Part shown: one piece after another, positions 12,787-26,700 of the stretch
How positions within the stretch are numbered: position 1 is the first letter of the stretch
Layout: every line of letters starts with the position of its first letter
NCBI GenBank assembly: GCA_051362555.1
Contig: CM120640.1
Coordinates: 65,140,788 to 65,204,787, forward strand
Reading direction: 5' to 3'
DNA length: 64,000 nt
Source of the DNA: Lingula anatina
Lineage: Eukaryota > Animalia > Brachiopoda
Translations under genes and position numbers: made by a program
Notes under the pieces: generated by a model
Told to the model about the DNA's origin: nothing
The model's database searches: none
The model's input: only the letters and a program-made list of their open reading frames with translations

Positions 12787-14587
12787 ATGTATTTGCACAT
12801 CTTTTCGTTGTTTCGGAAATTCTCTCGACCATTTGGCAACGCAGCATATGAAAGAGTAAAACTAGCCCGAGTATTAAGCGTTCAGCATCGTTGCAAGGCT
12901 GTTGCTGCGTATGAAACAAATGGCAAGAAGGAAAGCCTTGGTGAGGCCGACCCAGCCATCGCTACACTGGACCTGAATTTCACAGACCACCAAAATGCTT
13001 TCAAAACAAAAACAACTTGGGAACTTTGCAGGGCTCTACTGGTTCTTCGACTCTGTTCGTTTGATAGACTTGTGGATAACAGTTTGCAGGTAACATTTCA
13101 CAGAATACTGTGCGTTAACATCTTTTGTTGGTTTATATATTTATGCTGTTAGAATTTACTGTATACTGTGTAAAAGTTATGCAGGTTGACAAGCCTTGTT
13201 CGAAATGTTCTAACGTGACACGCATGACTTAGTATAAAGGTGTAAAGGCAATTGCGGAACAATATACTGGTATTGAGATGTTAACTTTTAGTGTTTACAG
13301 GCAGTACTCAGCATCACATAATTTGAAAATAAAAAGCAACAAAATATGTGACTTCATGCTGAAATATTGTTAAAGGCATAGAGGTGAATTAGATGTATTG
13401 GCAAAAGTTAATCCCAATGACAGATTTTAATTACACTTTTCACTTTCATGTGTTTAATGATAATCCTTGATAATTTTTGTAGTCTTTACTCAAAATAATT
13501 CTTTGATAAGTCTTGCACTAAGTTGGCTTTATTTTGACAGTTTTGGTACCCCCCCCCCCACACACACACACACACCCACCCTCCACACCCATGCACTTGT
13601 TTAATGCTCTGCTATACCTTAAATTTACAGCTGTTCAGACTTGGACAGAAAGTTTTAGGAGAGAGACCGTTTAGAGCATTGGTGAAACCAATATTCTATG
13701 ACCAGTTTGTGGCTGGTGATGACCACAGGAGTATTGGTCAAACTGTGAGCATAATGCAGAAGGCAGGCCTGACACCACTCCTCGCTGTATGCATTGAAGA
13801 TGGTCCTACTGGGTGAGCAGGCACCAAACAAATGTCTCTCCAGTTTTAGTCTTGTTATCATACAAGTGAAACAATTAACCCTGAATTTTTAGTTTTTTAA
13901 TATACTCAAGCTGTAATACTTGTAAGTTTTCAAAATGGTAAGTTAATTAGTAGGAAATATAACTATGAGAGTTAAAGTAGCCAGTACTGTTATAACGCAT
14001 ACAACAATATTGATTGAAGTTCTTTTTTAATTTAAAAAACTTTTTTCTGATATGTTTCTATCTTTTCATCTCTTTCTTGGCTTGCTTTGCTGGGAAACGG
14101 CATTCTTTCCTCTATAGTTTTAACTGTTACAGTATTGAAATGAATAAAATTAGATAAATGCATAAGATATTTGACTTTATATTGATAACACATTATTGTG
14201 TATATGTCTGCACAACTGCTTTATGAGACCTGTATATGGTGCACACATTTTAAAGGGGGTCATCACTTCTTAGCTGTAACTTGAAACCCAGTAACCACAC
14301 AGGTTATACAAACACCTATTGTTAATCCATTATACTGTAACTATATAACTTGCCATTGGTGTATCTTTTCAGCCCATGCAGAGCCCTGGAGCCAGTTCTT
14401 TCATAACACAGTATATAAAGTAATCACTTATTTTGCATTTTTGTGAGTAACAGTGGGAAAAGGGTTATTTAATGGAGATCACTTAGTCCCTTTTTCAGTT
14501 TTTAACATAGAAAATAAGAGAAAAAATCTTTTAAGGAAACATAAGTGTTTATGTTATCATGGTAACTGAAATAGTTAATACAGAAAA

Positions 14588-14659
<72 letters not shown>

Positions 14660-17600
14660 TTACATTTTATTTTCAGTAATAGCAGTTTGTAACTCTTCAA
14701 GCAGGTTTGGTCAAGAAAAAGTCATATTAATATTGTTTTTCTAATTTATTTTTGCACCACCAATTGCTTCATAAACTGTCTTTACATTAACTTTGTTGGC
14801 CTCTCATATCTCAGATACAAATACTGCAACTATATGTGAGTATTTTTAGAATTTAATCATGTGCGAACATACAATAATGCAAGCTTCTGCAGTCTCAAAC
14901 TTGGGTCTTTGGCTTCTATTTAATAATTTGCATGGGGAAAGATAATATCATTTTTTTCTGTATTTTCTCCATGATAGTGTTGAAATTTTTTTCATTGTAC
15001 TTCACATTTAGAGAAGTGGGCTATGATGCCAACTTGACCACTATCTTAGACTGCATACAGATGGCCAGTGAGCTCAGTAAGGGGCGCCCTATGATACAGC
15101 TAAAGGTGACAGCACTGATGCCAGCTGAATTATTGGTAACTTGGCCTCACTTTTTGGTTAATTATTTATTTATTTATTTATTGTGGGGGTAACGGAAGAC
15201 TTTATATTTACATTGAATTCTGTGAAGTTTACTGCATAACATCTTTGAAATGTTGCTAAATACATGTATCAGGTGGTTTTGGGTATGGTTGTCGTCGTTC
15301 TTTTATTATCTTTCTATATAGTGATAAATATCAGTTGTGACAAAGGCATGTAATGGGGCAATAAGTTATGGAATAACTATCCCACTACATGAAATTAAAG
15401 CTGGATTAAGGAAGCCAGTAGTATTCCTGTGGTTCTTGGCAAAGACTGGGGCCCAGCAGATTGGTGGCTGCTAATTAAGGGAAGAGAAGTGCCAATAGAA
15501 GTCCTCTTAAGTATTTTAACTTATTAAATTGATGATTGATAGGTTTTAGACATGAGGGATATATTAATCATGATTTTAGCCAAAATACTGAAGATATTCT
15601 CTTAAGAGCTTTTCTTTTCAGTTTTTAATTAGTAATTTTAAAGGGATAATAACTCTTTGTTTTGGCCAAAAAATGAATTTTCCTGGAATAAACAACAATT
15701 TTCCCATACTTACCAATGGTTAATGAATCCATTTTTACATTCAAAGTTAGTCCCTTTTTTTTTTCTAAAAAGTTTGGTTTTTTGTTAAAATCTCTTAAGA
15801 GATTATAACAGAGTATAGCCTTCAATGGAGGTCACGTGGTCTGAAGACAAACTTACATATCAGAATAATAGTGTAACTGCTGGTTTTGTGGTAAAACAGA
15901 ATATATTATATTTGTATGAGTTATTCACAATGTTTTTATTGTGATATATAAATCTCATACGAAGAGTTATTATCCCTTTAAGCCTACAAAGGGTTTTGAT
16001 TTTTTTCCAGATCACCTTATCTAAGATGTATACTTATGGTGGTATAAGCATAGAGCAGGTGGCAGAGGCCATGTACACACCCAGTCTGCTGTATGAAGTG
16101 GAGGGCCTCCCTGAGGCAGAGATCAGGCAGTGGTGCAGGGGGCTAGAGAGACTAAGAGAAGCAGGAGAGGTCAGTGGGGATCATTGTGAGGAAGGGGAAG
16201 AGTGGTTAACTTAATGACTACATGTATGGTCTCCAAATGATAAATCACTTTGATTAAAAAATGTATGCACAGTGACACATTGTTGATTCCCTTGGCATGC
16301 TCCAATTACAAAATAAAAATCACCTTTTATTTCAGTTTGCTCAGAGGAAGGGAGTTTACATTTTAGTGGATGCAGAATACACCCACATGAACCCTGGCAT
16401 TAGCCTGGCAGCATTAGCTATGATGCTGAACTTCAACAAGGACATCCCTCTGATTTGGAACACTTACCAGTGTTACCTCAAGGTAACTATATAGGACATA
16501 GGAATCCATACCTTTTTCAATAATATATATATATATATATAGCCACACTCATCATATAAAACACTTCTTGTTTTTTATTTTGTTTTATACCTTTTTGCCA
16601 AATCAGGAAGCCTACAATGCCATCACTGCAGACTATGCCACCATCATGGACAAGGGACTGTGCTTTGGAGCCAAGATAGTCCGAGGAGCCTATATAAATT
16701 GTGAAGAGGAGTATGCAAAGCGGCAGGGAGTCCCCAACCCAGTGTGTGACAGCTACAAGGACACCAGTTCCAGCTACAACAGGGTGGTGGAGACAATGCT
16801 GCATAATATCAGTCATTGTGGAGAAAAGTGCAATATTATTGTTGCCAGTCATAATGAGGAGTCGGTCAGGAAGGCCATTCAGGGGTAGGCATACATGACA
16901 TAGATGAAGAAAGAGTTTAAAACTTTAAGCAAGGTTTAAAAGGAAGTGTTTTGGGGAGAAAAGAATTGCAGGTGCATGCAGTTACAAATTACCTAGAATC
17001 GCAGTAATAATTTCCTTGCAATGACCAGGTCCAAATCTTGTACAGCAAGATAAAAAATTGAGTAAGGTAGCATTAAAAAGTGTTTTTATGAGCTATCTGG
17101 GTGACAGAAATGTTTGATGTGTTGTTTCTGTTTAGAAAAAAATATCAGTTTCAAACCATAATGCTTTTCAAAACATTGTTGGATTAATATACTGTATTCC
17201 AGAATGGAGAAACTTGGCATTGCCAGAGACAGTGGTTTGGTGTATTTTGGCCAGTTATTGGGCATGTGTGACCAGGTGTCCTATCCTTTGGGTAAGCCAA
17301 ATCCATGGCCCTAGTGGTTTCAGATTTACAGTATTTTTGAAAACAAGTCAAACCCATTGAGCACTGGAAGCAAATTTATTTTGTGAAAAAATCAATTTAG
17401 ATGAAACAGTTAAGTAAGCACCTCCTGTCTATTAGGCTAAGCATATTTCAAATAAATCTAGAACTACAATATCCTCTTGTACAAGAGGAAAAGCAGAAAT
17501 GTTCACTTTATCTGATCCAAGTTCTGGACCAATAGTTTAATTAGCGCAAACCTCCCAGAAAGCCGATAAAAGGGGTGCACTAGCCTGTATTTTATGGGCA

Positions 17601-17855
17601 GGTTGGGATTAATTTGGTAATGCCCTCTTTTGGCTAAGGGGACTTTTAAGTAAAAAAATATTGCTAAAAATGAACATCTTCTTTCTAGGCCAGGCAGGTT
17701 ACCAGATCTACAAGTCCCTTCCCTATGGCACTGTGGAGGAAACCTTGCCATATCTCTCCAGAAGAGCACAGGAGAACAAATCTGTGCTCATGGGAGCAAG
17801 GAAAGAGAGGAGCCTTCTGCAAAGAGAACTCAGGAGGAGATTTCTTAGATTTTAA
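12787..17855 (+). CDS. PRODH2: Hydroxyproline dehydrogenase-like (proline dehydrogenase 2), mitochondrial, about 482 aa, 8 exons
   Basis: Exons 12787-13089, 13631-13812, 15012-15135, 16011-16169, 16336-16482, 16607-16884, 17203-17291, 17689-17855 (1449 nt). Pro_dh motifs [70 protein letters not shown]. Ser in YKS is the PRODH2-type residue. Arg-rich N-terminus resembles a mitochondrial presequence. Confidence 0.9.
14597..14657. repeat. (TA)n microsatellite
   Basis: Direct inspection. Confidence 0.95.
15642..15977. mobile_element. MITE with TTAA target-site duplication and AGGGA termini (Kolobok/T2-type), in PRODH2 intron 3
   Basis: TTAA-AGGGATAATAACTCTT ... AAGAGTTATTATCCCT-TTAA. A closely similar inverted copy lies at 57389-57725. 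Confidence 0.85.
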
Positions 17856-17910
17856 CTTGAAGTCATAGGAACTCAGAACTTTTCTTATGGCCTATATGGA
17901 AGTGTCTTAT

Positions 17911-19106
17911 AAGACAAGTCAGCAAAGCTGTCAAATGTACAGACAACAAGAATAAAAATAATCCAATCAAGTTGGTTTGCCAATATGAGCTGTATGTTAA
18001 TCATTGTTCTAAGTTATAAAATAACAAGCAACATGGTTTTCCCTTTAGTGGCAGTACACAAAATATTTTTTAACAATTTTGATACAATGTTACATAATGC
18101 TTAACAATTATAATCACCATCAATTTAAATTAAGCACTGCAGTAACATAGATTTCTAGAAAATGTGACTAGCAAAGGTCTTCAGTCCAAAGGGAATTCAG
18201 TCACTCCATGAAAATGCCAATATATACACAAGCACTGAAACGTGCTATTTTCATTTTCAGCACTTATTACATAATACGCAATAACCAACTTAGTTTCATT
18301 TTTGAATGATCAACTAAAAAGATTGTTAAGATGGGAAAAATATCAATAAAACAATTTTAAATGTCCAATTTGTTTCATCCTGAGATTCTAACAAACTGCA
18401 CTGATTTGAGTTTATTTCCATTTTTGACACTTTATTATGCAATACACAATAACAAATTTACCATTATTTTTTTATAAGCAACTTAAAAAATTATTACGAT
18501 GCAGAAAATGTCAAAGAACACTTTTACAAATAAAATCAGTTCCATACTGAATCTGAGGAAAACCCATTCATATACAAAAAACAGCTTAATTTCAACAAAA
18601 ATAAACTAATCGAGTTAATTTTCAAACTTGACCTCTATATCAGACTTTTGTATCAGTCCTGCAAGTTTTAAAGCAAAATATAACGTTTTCCACTTTATTT
18701 GTATAATGGTGGATAAAATATGCTGAAAAAAGCTAAAAAGCAGCATAACTTTTGAAAAAATAGTGGATCAGGCCGATTTTCAAACTTGACTTGTATTTTA
18801 AGAATAATCATTAGTACTGTAAGTTTGAAGACAAAAGGTAAAACAGTTTTCATTTTATTTGTAAAAAGGTGGATAAAATGTTCTAAAAAAAAAACAAAAA
18901 AAACAGCATAACTTTTGGAAAAATGTTCCCATCAGGCTGATTTTTTAACGTGGCCTGTATTTTATCAAAATTTATCAGTTCTTAAAGTTTGAACACAAAA
19001 AGTAAAACAGTTTTCATCTTATTTGTATAACACTGAATGTGCACGGTGATGATGATGACAGACACAGGCAACAGCTATGTGTAACGATACATCTGTGTCT
19101 GTACAT
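17911..19106 (+). mobile_element. Second, more diverged copy of the Helentron-type element, just downstream of the PRODH2 stop
   Basis: Same left end (ACAAG..AGCAAAGCTGTCAAATGTACAGAC) and same body (GTGACTAGCAAAGGTCTTCAG, GATCAACTAAAA...GATGGGAAAAATATCAATAAAACA). Three ~160-bp units start near 18578, 18735 and 18898. Ends in TGTGTCTGTACAT. Confidence 0.75.
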
Positions 19107-21044
19107 TATTTTAAAAAATCCATTTGAAAGATAGTATTTTTTGTACTAAGGTGGAATGCCTTAAAGATTGACTTCATATTACAGAATTTAAGGTTCACTG
19201 GGACAATATTTTTTCGGTTATCTTTTGTTTATGCAATATAATTAAATATAAGGTAACATAATTCGTTATATGGATAATATAGAGCTGAAAAAACAGTTTT
19301 ATTCTGGTGTAATATGTTCTCAACTTAAAGGTGTGCTACCAGTATAGGCATTTGGAAAATTCCCAGTCCTGTTTTTATGTGTAAGCACTGTAGTGAGTAC
19401 TGTGCAGAGTTGCCCATCTTTCCCAATACAGACATTAAAAATGATAAAACTCCTCCAATGAAATAAGTACCTGATGTTGAAATTTCTTTCTGAAGTGTCA
19501 GAAAAGCGGGAGTCTAAATTAATCAAAAATTATATTTACACAAAAATTCTGTATACAATTTTAGTGAATAAACAAATTTTGTTCAAGCATTTATTATATG
19601 CCTTAATGAAGAACTCATTGAATATCAGTTGGGTAAGCCAAGTGGATCAAAAACATTTTTTTCAAACTTAAAAATTTAACAAATGGTAAAAACTGTGTAA
19701 ATGCAAAATTTTGCAATTGTCAATAGCTTTTTTTGTGAATATTAATGCTGGGTTTCGGATTTTCAAAGCTTATTTGCCAGGGCAGGGGCAATATATGAGT
19801 CAGTATGATAATAGATAGTAGTTCATAGAGAAATGATATTTTCTGAGACATTTTTATCTGCCTGATATATATTTCATTGTATTTGAAACTTTGATATTTG
19901 ATGTGGAATGAACTGTGAAAAGTGGGGATCACATGAATAGTCTAGAAAGTGCATTTGGATAGCGTTATGAATGAATAATTTAAGCCCATGGCCAGTTGCC
20001 CTTGCTTTGCATTTTTTTGGGGAATAATTGGATGTACAATCAAAATATATTTTAATGGAGTATAGCCAAAAATAATTTGAACACTTGACTAACAATGTTA
20101 GCTTTTAATATGTAAACAATTAGATTAGTTTTAATCTTGGATATGGACTTCACTGGGAGTTTCACTTGAACATCTGTATCAATCAAGTGTCACTGTGAAA
20201 TAATTGACAAAACAAACTTGTTTTCATTTTTCTGTTGCCTGAGGTTATTGCAGATGACAACAAGTTCAAACTGTGTTATGAACCCTTTTTTATTTTTTTA
20301 ATATTTTCAAGAAATAACATTAATATCAACAAACTTTGTATTAGTTATTTGTCACTGTCCAAAGTATATATTAATCTCCTTTTCCTCAAAAAATTTGTAG
20401 TACATGTGCTCCCTCATAAAAACAACCCCTTGCAGTACATTGAGACTAGTATGTGCCACTTACTGACATATATTCTATAAAATGTCTATAAAATTGCCTG
20501 AATACTACGGTAGGGCCCTTTTTACATTGAACAGTATACCTAAGTAATACAATCTGTACCAGAAAACTTTGAGAGGTCCTAACACGTAATTATGCTATGG
20601 GGTTTTTTTTATTGGTTTTCACAATTTTGCTTCTTAATTGGCCATGTCAAGAGGGGGGGCATTTAGGCGACTCACTTATATGACAGCCAGGCTATTAAGT
20701 TGTCTCTCTCTCAAAGCACTGGTAAAGACAATATCATTTAAGTATACCAGTCAAAGGCCAAGGTCACAACACTTGGAAGTGTTTTATACAATAACAGATT
20801 GCTCTGTCAGTTATGATTATAATACTGAATATCATATGTAGAAAAATTTTAACATGAAAAATACTTGCAGAGAACAAAAAGCATAAATTTATGTTCAGAA
20901 AAGATTAAATTTGCCCGGCTTAAGCTGGCAATTGTATTTACAGCCAGCATCACACTGAATAGCTATAAGTAAAAGCCTACATGTACCTGTATATTAGTCT
21001 AAATGTGTTGATAATGATAAGGAAACATCTAAAGGACCATTAAT

Positions 21045-21270
21045 TCCCAGACCCTATCGTACTAACTGTGAATCGATCTATCTGCTAGGGGATTCTCACT
21101 AAATTGCAATCAACTTCAGCGGCTTAGTTGTCTGGCACACCTACTGAAGCTGCTAAGCAGCTTCAGTAGGTGTGCCAGACAACTAAGCCACTTAAACTGA
21201 AAGCAATTTAGCAAGAAACCCCTCAGATATGGATCAATCCTGTTAAATCGAACTACCGGTAGGTATGGGA
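21045..21270. repeat. Foldback/inverted repeat with a perfect 34-bp-arm palindrome core (21121-21189)
   Basis: GGCTTAGTTGTCTGGCACACCTACTGAAGCTGCT-A-AGCAGCTTCAGTAGGTGTGCCAGACAACTAAGCC, with imperfect pairing extending outward. Confidence 0.85.
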
Positions 21271-21613
21271 ACCCAGTCTAAGATTCACAGCTAAATCAAT
21301 GCATGCATAAAATGCATGCTGAAATGCTCTGTTCTCAAACTTAGTAAAAAGGCGAAAGAATTGCTAAACGGAAAAGATGTGTAGATATTGCAGAAGCAAG
21401 AAACGTACAACTTGCACTGCAGCTGCTGGGACAAAGCTGCAAGTGTTGGCTATATACAGTCACTATTAAGGCTGTACATGTACATACAAAGGGAAAAATA
21501 GCATTGAGTAACAAAATATAGGGTTCCTAATCGAAATAAACAAGTTTTGTATAATATAACATATATATAATGCAACAAGCAAGCTCAGTCACCAAACCAT
21601 TATCATTCTTACT

Positions 21614-21619
<6 letters not shown>

Positions 21620-21670
<51 letters not shown>
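21620..21670. repeat. (TA)n microsatellite
   Basis: Direct inspection. Confidence 0.95.
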
Positions 21671-21673
<3 letters not shown>

Positions 21674-23763
21674 TAACTATATGACAATTCTGAAAACTGA
21701 GATATCATCTTCAAACATGAAAATATACCTAAATAGTCCAGATATTACTCATTTTATTATAGAATATATGGAACTAAAATGTGTTCCATTAATTCCCAAC
21801 ATAACTATTATGCTATTACTTTAAGCCAGATGTTGTAAATAGCCTAAAAGCTTTTAAATGTATTCTTTTACCTTCAAAAATTTTACCAGACACAATATAT
21901 ATTTTCATTGCATTGTAATAATATTATGTAATGAATATAGAGAAAAAACAAGCTGATATAAAACCAAACCTGATCCATGTTATACAACCCAAGTTTACTA
22001 CACTACATGTATATTGACTTTAATGTAAACATAATATGTGGATTTCAGAGATTCATGATGGGTCAATTAAAATATGTAAAATAGCATGTCTGAAATATTG
22101 TTCCTCATACATAATGTGGCTCATAAATCTTAATGAATACAATAACAAATATAAATAAGGTCACTTTTACCATCAATAATGATATATTTATCCTATGATA
22201 CATAAACACCATAGTGTAGAGTAGATTATGCCATGTGTGCCTTACAAAATAAAGGTGTGAAAAAATAGTCTTTTCTAAGTTGAGCATTGGTGTATCAACA
22301 GATCATAATGATAATAATAATAATAATAGTAATAGTAATAATAGTCAGCTGCCCTACATGTCTCAGCACTGCTCATATATATTTCAAAGGTTCTGAATGC
22401 CTTTGCTAATACAGAAATTTAGTTGGTAATAGAGAAAAGTGAGCTGCATATTTCCCATCTTTCATAGCACTTGACTTAGCTGCCTTGTAAGAAGAAAAGT
22501 ACATGTAACAACATTATGCATATCTAAAAAGAGATCAAACTGGATGAAAATAATTCCATGTGTGTAAACATTACATTTAATAACCTTTATGTAAGTTGCT
22601 TTATGCTGCAAATAGTGTATTGCAATGTATCATCATATTGGTCAGTTCTCTGTATATCTTAAATTCATTGAGATTAGACCCTCTCTATCAATATGGATAA
22701 TGTTTACCCCTTGTAAACTTTTAAAACTCCTTCATTCCTATTTAGGAACACAGGTAAGAAATAAATCTCAGGGGACTATTTGCTGAAAAACTAGGAGTAC
22801 AAGTCATCAAAGCTCACAACCAGTAATGCCCTGCTTTCGCTCAAGTTGCAAATATCTTGAGCTGTCTCGAATGTGAAATTGTCAAACCTGATGATGATTT
22901 GACACAAAATAAAAAAAATATCTGTGAGATCCAGGAGGTACAAAGCTGAAATGATGTTATTCTGAATGACTTAAAATACATTTTGGCTGACCAGGATAAA
23001 AATATTCCAAATGTCAAGCATGTGTTACCAACCAAGTGCACTTTCAAATCTTTAAAAATAAAACAAGTTAGACTGACATAATTACAAAAGTGCCAAATCC
23101 ATGTATAAATCCATTACAACCTCCACAATTCAGTTACAACTATATGATTTATCTTTGAAGGACTAACTATAAATGGTTTTTAATGGCATTTTGGCATATT
23201 CTTGGATCAAGAAAGACTATAAATGTGCCAAAATTGATCAGCCAATCATTCTACATTCAGGTCATTTTTGCCTCCATCGTTGTTTTTTGTCTTCTTGTTG
23301 TGAGTTGCAAATTTGAGGGAGATAAAAATGGTCCAGAATGCAATTTTTGTGGACAATAAGAAAAGAATTTGAAGTAGTTATGGTCCATCTGTAAATTTGA
23401 AATTTGTAAACCCTCCACAACTGATTTTGACAAACAATACTTCTGTAACACCTCAAACTCTTCTTTTATTTTAGGAATCAGCTAAGAATGATTTGAGAGC
23501 TGCAAGAATAGTTGAGTATTATCTATAAACTAGACAAATTTCTCATACAAGATGATTTTGGGTATTCATAGCTTAAGTGAAAACAAGCAGACCTAAAAAA
23601 AAAAAAAGACAAAGGTAAACATATCATCATTCAATACATATAGCATATGTGCATCTCTATATGTCTGTGGTACATCACCCACATAAATACATGTCAAACA
23701 GGTTTTGTTATTACATTTGTAAATTTCTTCTTTTTGTGTGAGCATACAGAGATTCTTTAATAT

Positions 23764-26700
23764 TCATGCCTTCTGTTCTGCTTTCAAAGGGTCATGCATG
23801 ATCTTTCCCGACATCACCCTTCTTTTGAGTTCCTGCCACAACAGTCGCTTTTCTTTCTTCACCTTGGTCAGCATCCCACTGTTTTCATAGGCTCTCCTGG
23901 ACAGGTAAGGCATCACATCCTCCACTGGACCAAATGGAACATACTTGTACACAGAATAACCTGCCTGACCTAAGAAGAGAAAAGAACAGTCCCCAGGTAC
24001 TATGCATAAATATCAGTAGAAATAAAATTTGTGTACAGTTAAATGACTGGATCTTTTCAGTGGGAAAAAGTGTGAATTTTTCAGGAAGTGTACTTTTTGA
24101 TATCATAAATTCTAAAAATCTGAACACTTCTATGGAGTGGTAGCAACAAAATGAAAAGCAGGCTACCTTGTATTTCTATCTGATTAAAAAAAAGCACCAT
24201 AGCTGCTACACAGAAATATATTTTTAATGATTCTTAAATAATGTATCTGAAAAATTGATAATTTTCCCCAATGAAAAAATCAAGTCATTATAGTATTCAA
24301 AATAAAGTGATGTAGTTAAGTTTCAATAATTCTTATTGTTCCTTTATATCATTGATAGACATCAAATTATATGCATTTGCATATTTCACAAACTTTACGC
24401 AATCTATTTCCCATTCTGTTTAACAATTCTACAGAACTCCATATTACACAAGACTCACCTAATGGAAAACTGACTTGATCACACATGCCAAATAACTGCC
24501 CAAAACAAATTATTCGATCAGAGGCCTTGATCCCATGGTCTTTCATACTGAAAAAGTGCAATACATGTACAGTATCAGATGACATCTGGCTCGGTTAAAA
24601 TCTTTAACAGAGTACAATATTTGAGGCACATGCAGTATCTAAGAGTTTTACCAGCTTGCCCCACATATTTCTACAAGATCTTGATCTTGATCTTGCCCCA
24701 CCAGTATTAAATATGGCACAGGAGCACCACACATTTTCAATCAGGTAGATTGTCAATAGACATCAAATGGTGTGCTTAACTTATGCTCACAGAAAAAGTA
24801 ATATGCTTTCATTACTGCACTCAGTCATACAAGTATCATATTGTAACAGTTAATTTTTCACATTTACTCCACCTCCGATGGCACACCTTTGCACTGTCTC
24901 TCGTACTGTGTCCTCATTGTGACTAGCCACCATGACGGCTATTCTCCCCATCTCACGTTGGTGGACTTCCTCCAACACGTGGTCCAGACATTTATGATAC
25001 ATGGTCGTGGTAGCCTCATAGCTGGGGTTTATGGGGTCTTCATAACCAATTGTCTCTGCTCTTTTACGCTCCTATACAAAAGATGTGTGAAACAATCAAA
25101 TAGTTCCTGTATATTCTTACTACTTGGCAAATGCATGAAAATTACAAATGCTAAATTTTAACATTATGAAGGGTAGTTTTACAACTATTTCTAACTATAT
25201 TCTAACTATATTTACTTTTACTTAATCTTGTTTATCTGAACTAATTTCTAATTTCATAAAATATTTTTCACAAATATATATTTTCATTGTATTGTAATAT
25301 GTTATGAATACAGACAAAGAAACAAGCTGATATAAAACCAAACCTGATCCATGTAGGCCCCCCTGACCAACTTGGCTCCAAAGTAAAAATCCTCACGTTT
25401 GGCAAGATCCATGTCAATCACAAGGTTATTGTGGGCACTCTGAAGACAAAATGCTACACATGCTCAAAACAAGTAATGTAACTAGAAATATACTTTACAG
25501 GTAAATACTCTAATGTTTTACTATCAGTGATTTCAAAAAGGGTTGTCTTGCTACTACTTACAATGGACAAGCAAATACATAATACTCCAATTTAAGACAC
25601 AAAGTTGTACTGTAATTCAAAGAATGTAACCGAAAAGGAACATACATTATGGAAACTGGAAACATAATCAGACATTCTACCTTCAAATAGCATTGATAAG
25701 TATTGAAAACAAATGCTTTCTGTTTGTTGAACTTTCTCATCATCTCCATTGTAAGACGACTTATGGCTGGCTGGAAATAGCTCTGCTCTGCATCTATCAT
25801 GAGGCGGACATCTTTCTTTACAGCATGCTGTAAGAAAACGGTGCCTTCTTTTTACATTCAAAGTACAAACATTTTTTCAGATCTTAACTTAAATGTTTTC
25901 TAAAAATGAAAATTAGCAAACACAAGCCAAAAATCTTTCATACCATTAGCTTACGGCCAACCTGGATGTAGGCCTTCATCAGACTTTATCAGACCATAAG
26001 CTAATGGTATAATAGATATATGGCTTGTGTTTGATAATTTTCATGTATGATCCAACTACATGTACAAAGATAATGAACATTTTTGCTTAAACAAGTATAA
26101 GGTACTTTCTGAAGTTACTGCATACATGATATCAAAAATTTCAAATTTCTTACCTCAACTAACTCATTGATTCTATCTAACATGTTGGTGACTTGGATTT
26201 TTTCTTCTGGGGTGAGCTCTGGAAGCAAGGGATTCAGTTCACCAGTCTGTAATTGAAATCAAGACGTATCAATTTCTTTTTGCCATAAAATGTTCAGAAA
26301 TAAGCACGTCAAATAATAAGCTAATTATTAAATAACAATAACATTTTGACAATACTTATGACATCTTTAATGAAATGTGATACTCACTTCAATGTTGGGG
26401 ACAACCAGCTTCTTGGAAATGTCTTTTTTTGTAATATTCACAAAATTACTCCACTCAAACAAGTCCACCTCTCTGAAAAAAGTAAACAATTTACAAAGCT
26501 TCTTGAAAATTCTTTCACATTCACGTGTGCCTGTGTTGAGCCAGCAGCCACCACATACATCTGAGTATGAAACATCCATTTCAGTACAAATTTAAGATTT
26601 AATGGTGGCCTGAATATAATTATATAAAGAGCACAGAAGGTGAAACAGAACCCCCAAGAATACAATGCAATTATGCAAGAGATAAGAATCTGATTGTATT

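Noticed and set aside
15625-15825. ORF similar to 57542..57895
   Set aside because: Both lie in the two MITE copies; no transposase features
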